DNA of 64,000 nucleotides from Eubacteriales bacterium (GTDB lineage Bacteria; Bacillota; Clostridia; Oscillospirales; CAG-272): NCBI GenBank assembly GCA_045596865.1, contig JAZODF010000074.1, positions 24,407 to 88,406 of the forward strand, read 5' to 3'. Shown piece by piece: positions 63,701 to 64,000 of this stretch (position 1 is its first letter; each line of letters starts with the position of its first letter). The notes under the pieces were generated by a model. It saw only the letters and a program-made list of their open reading frames with translations, ran no database searches and was not told where the DNA came from. The position numbers and the translations under genes were made by a program.

Positions 63701-64000
63701 GTTTACGACGATGGATATACGCTTGACACTGCAGAAAATCTGAAAGGTACGTCTGATTCAAGCGTAACACCGTCCGTAAAGACCTACACGGGCTTCACTT
63801 CGCCAAGTGCGAAAACCGTAAAAATCGCACCTAACGGAAGCCTTGTTGTAGATTACTATTACACGAGAAATTCCTACACTATCAGTTTTGTTACCAATGG
63901 TGGCAGCGCAGTTGGGGCACAGACCTATAAGTATCAGGAAGCACTAAATCTTCCCGAGACCGTGAGGAATGGAGTAACCTTCGGCGGTTGGTTTACAACT
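60797..64000 (+). CDS. Very large lipoprotein built of Listeria-Bacteroides (Flg_new / InlB B-repeat-type) repeats; 3' end outside the window
   Basis: It is not in the supplied ORF track because it has no stop in the window. I translated it by hand from the ATG at 60797 (RBS GGAGGAG): MKKVVLSITLLLLVVVTSLLFVSCGNDT..., open through 64000 (1068 codons). It has more than 12 repeats of the type Y.(L/I)T(Y/F)N.NGG..........Y......L..P.R.GY.F.GW. Confidence 0.9.
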   Translation, partial: MKKVVLSITLLLLVVVTSLLFVSCGNDTLKGTEVDLEGFTEIEDASLGTVFYIEVPSSKIVYSLNDVVKVNKKSSWFVSTDLEGNNRIPSKTVELFEGNNVFFLMVEDKDSNVKQYTLLIRRRATYTVKYYSSAYTVHSVEEVEEGTLATPPVLTAPLGYHLQGWSYDFSLPINGDVEAGVIWAPNEYTLTYNANGGTPSKNTQTVKYGMSFTLATATRPGYTFEGWYNGITKLYAGEWRYTENIVVVAKWIPNDYSISYYLNGGTNNANNPTVYSTGDSITLREPTKEGYTFLGWTYSGVTEPTKNVVIFSGEYGNKAFTANWQANEYSLTFNADGGNCDALEMNVVYDEYITLPTAYKEGYEFLGWYDGMTEITSGYWKTDSNVDLVAKWKLIPYRITYTLNGGTNAAMNPETYNIISESFSLEDPVREGYEFLGWTYEGQSTPTKLVSVENGSKGDRAFIANWQAKSFTVGFDANGGECSTDPLEVTYDDHCDLPVPARVGHTFAGWYYNGKKYESGICKIADNITLVAQWDVIDYVINYTLNGGTNPMSNPSSYNILTGAIIANPTRTGYTFLGWTYEGQSTPVKDLSFAKGTTEDKTLVAHWEANNYKITLDANGGNVDSDKLDVAYDDNFVLPQPTRAGYTFTGWYNGSTKVTSGTWKTADNMTLKASWSIVTYSISYVMNGGVNSTSNPTTFTVVSGATIKNPTRTGYTFLGWTYSGVTTPTKDVTLSAGTIDSKVFTAHWQANEYTLTFNANGGEVENGSMLVTYDDNYSVPVPTRTGYIFKGWFDGNTQYSGGAWKAASDVMVVAKWEAKTYTITYNANGGSVNGATQTVTFDKEFVLREPSRTGYTFLGWYNGETKVIGGVWTVDNNMSLKAEWQANSYAVTYDANGGTASHTGDTATYDSDFTLATAERVGYTFVGWYDGTKLYTDGTWKTANTVKLVAKWTANTDTKYVVNHHLQNVYDDGYTLDTAENLKGTSDSSVTPSVKTYTGFTSPSAKTVKIAPNGSLVVDYYYTRNSYTISFVTNGGSAVGAQTYKYQEALNLPETVRNGVTFGGWFTT

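Noticed and set aside
1-64000. Search for mobile genetic elements, prophage, defence systems, toxin-antitoxin pairs, rRNA/tRNA and CRISPR-Cas
   Set aside because: No transposase, integrase, recombinase, phage structural, restriction-modification, Cas or nuclease/NTPase defence-type ORFs were recognisable in any frame. No tRNA cloverleaf or rRNA-like segments were noticed. Only small non-autonomous repeat families are present.

Overview
The window looks like a high-GC, Gram-positive (Clostridia-type) chromosomal segment. Supporting signs are sigma-A TTGACA-17-TATAAT promoters, GGAGG ribosome-binding sites, a T-box leader, lipobox lipoproteins, a trmK-nif3 pair and a MurK/MurQ pair. Housekeeping genes are prfB, trmK, nif3-like, dapA, queA, rlmA-like, ruvX, ansA, thiI and valS with its T-box. 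They are interleaved with carbohydrate-active loci. (1) Glycosaminoglycan-type genes are scattered in three places: two heparinase II/III-like proteins, GH88, a kduI fusion and kduD. (2) A roughly 21-kb locus at 24.4-45.4 kb encodes GH38 alpha-mannosidase, DUF4127, two GHL10 proteins, a large Cys-module lipoprotein, a phosphodiester glycosidase, an ABC importer and an FAD oxidoreductase. (3) A MurNAc/GlcNAc scavenging operon on the minus strand encodes GH20, an HTH-MurK fusion, MurQ and an unknown hydrolase. (4) A very large Listeria-Bacteroides-repeat lipoprotein runs off the 3' end and is missing from the supplied ORF track. I found no rRNA, tRNA, CRISPR array, transposase, integrase or recognisable defence system. 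The most unusual signals are non-coding or sub-domain scale. They are an array of abutting mini-hairpins interleaved with a conserved AGTGRTATT 9-mer upstream of an LRR gene, and a related (AGTGAAK)x7 heptamer array upstream of rlmA. A roughly 150-nt rod-like structured leader plus terminator lies upstream of the big surface protein. A 30-aa, 7-Cys/2-His module recurs five times in two neighbouring surface proteins. There is an in-frame fusion of an unknown domain to KduI, an XRE-HTH fusion to a MurK-type kinase, and several families of dispersed or tandem intergenic repeats. Many long ORFs in the track are antisense shadows of real genes and were rejected. All family assignments come from motif recognition by eye, not from database searches.
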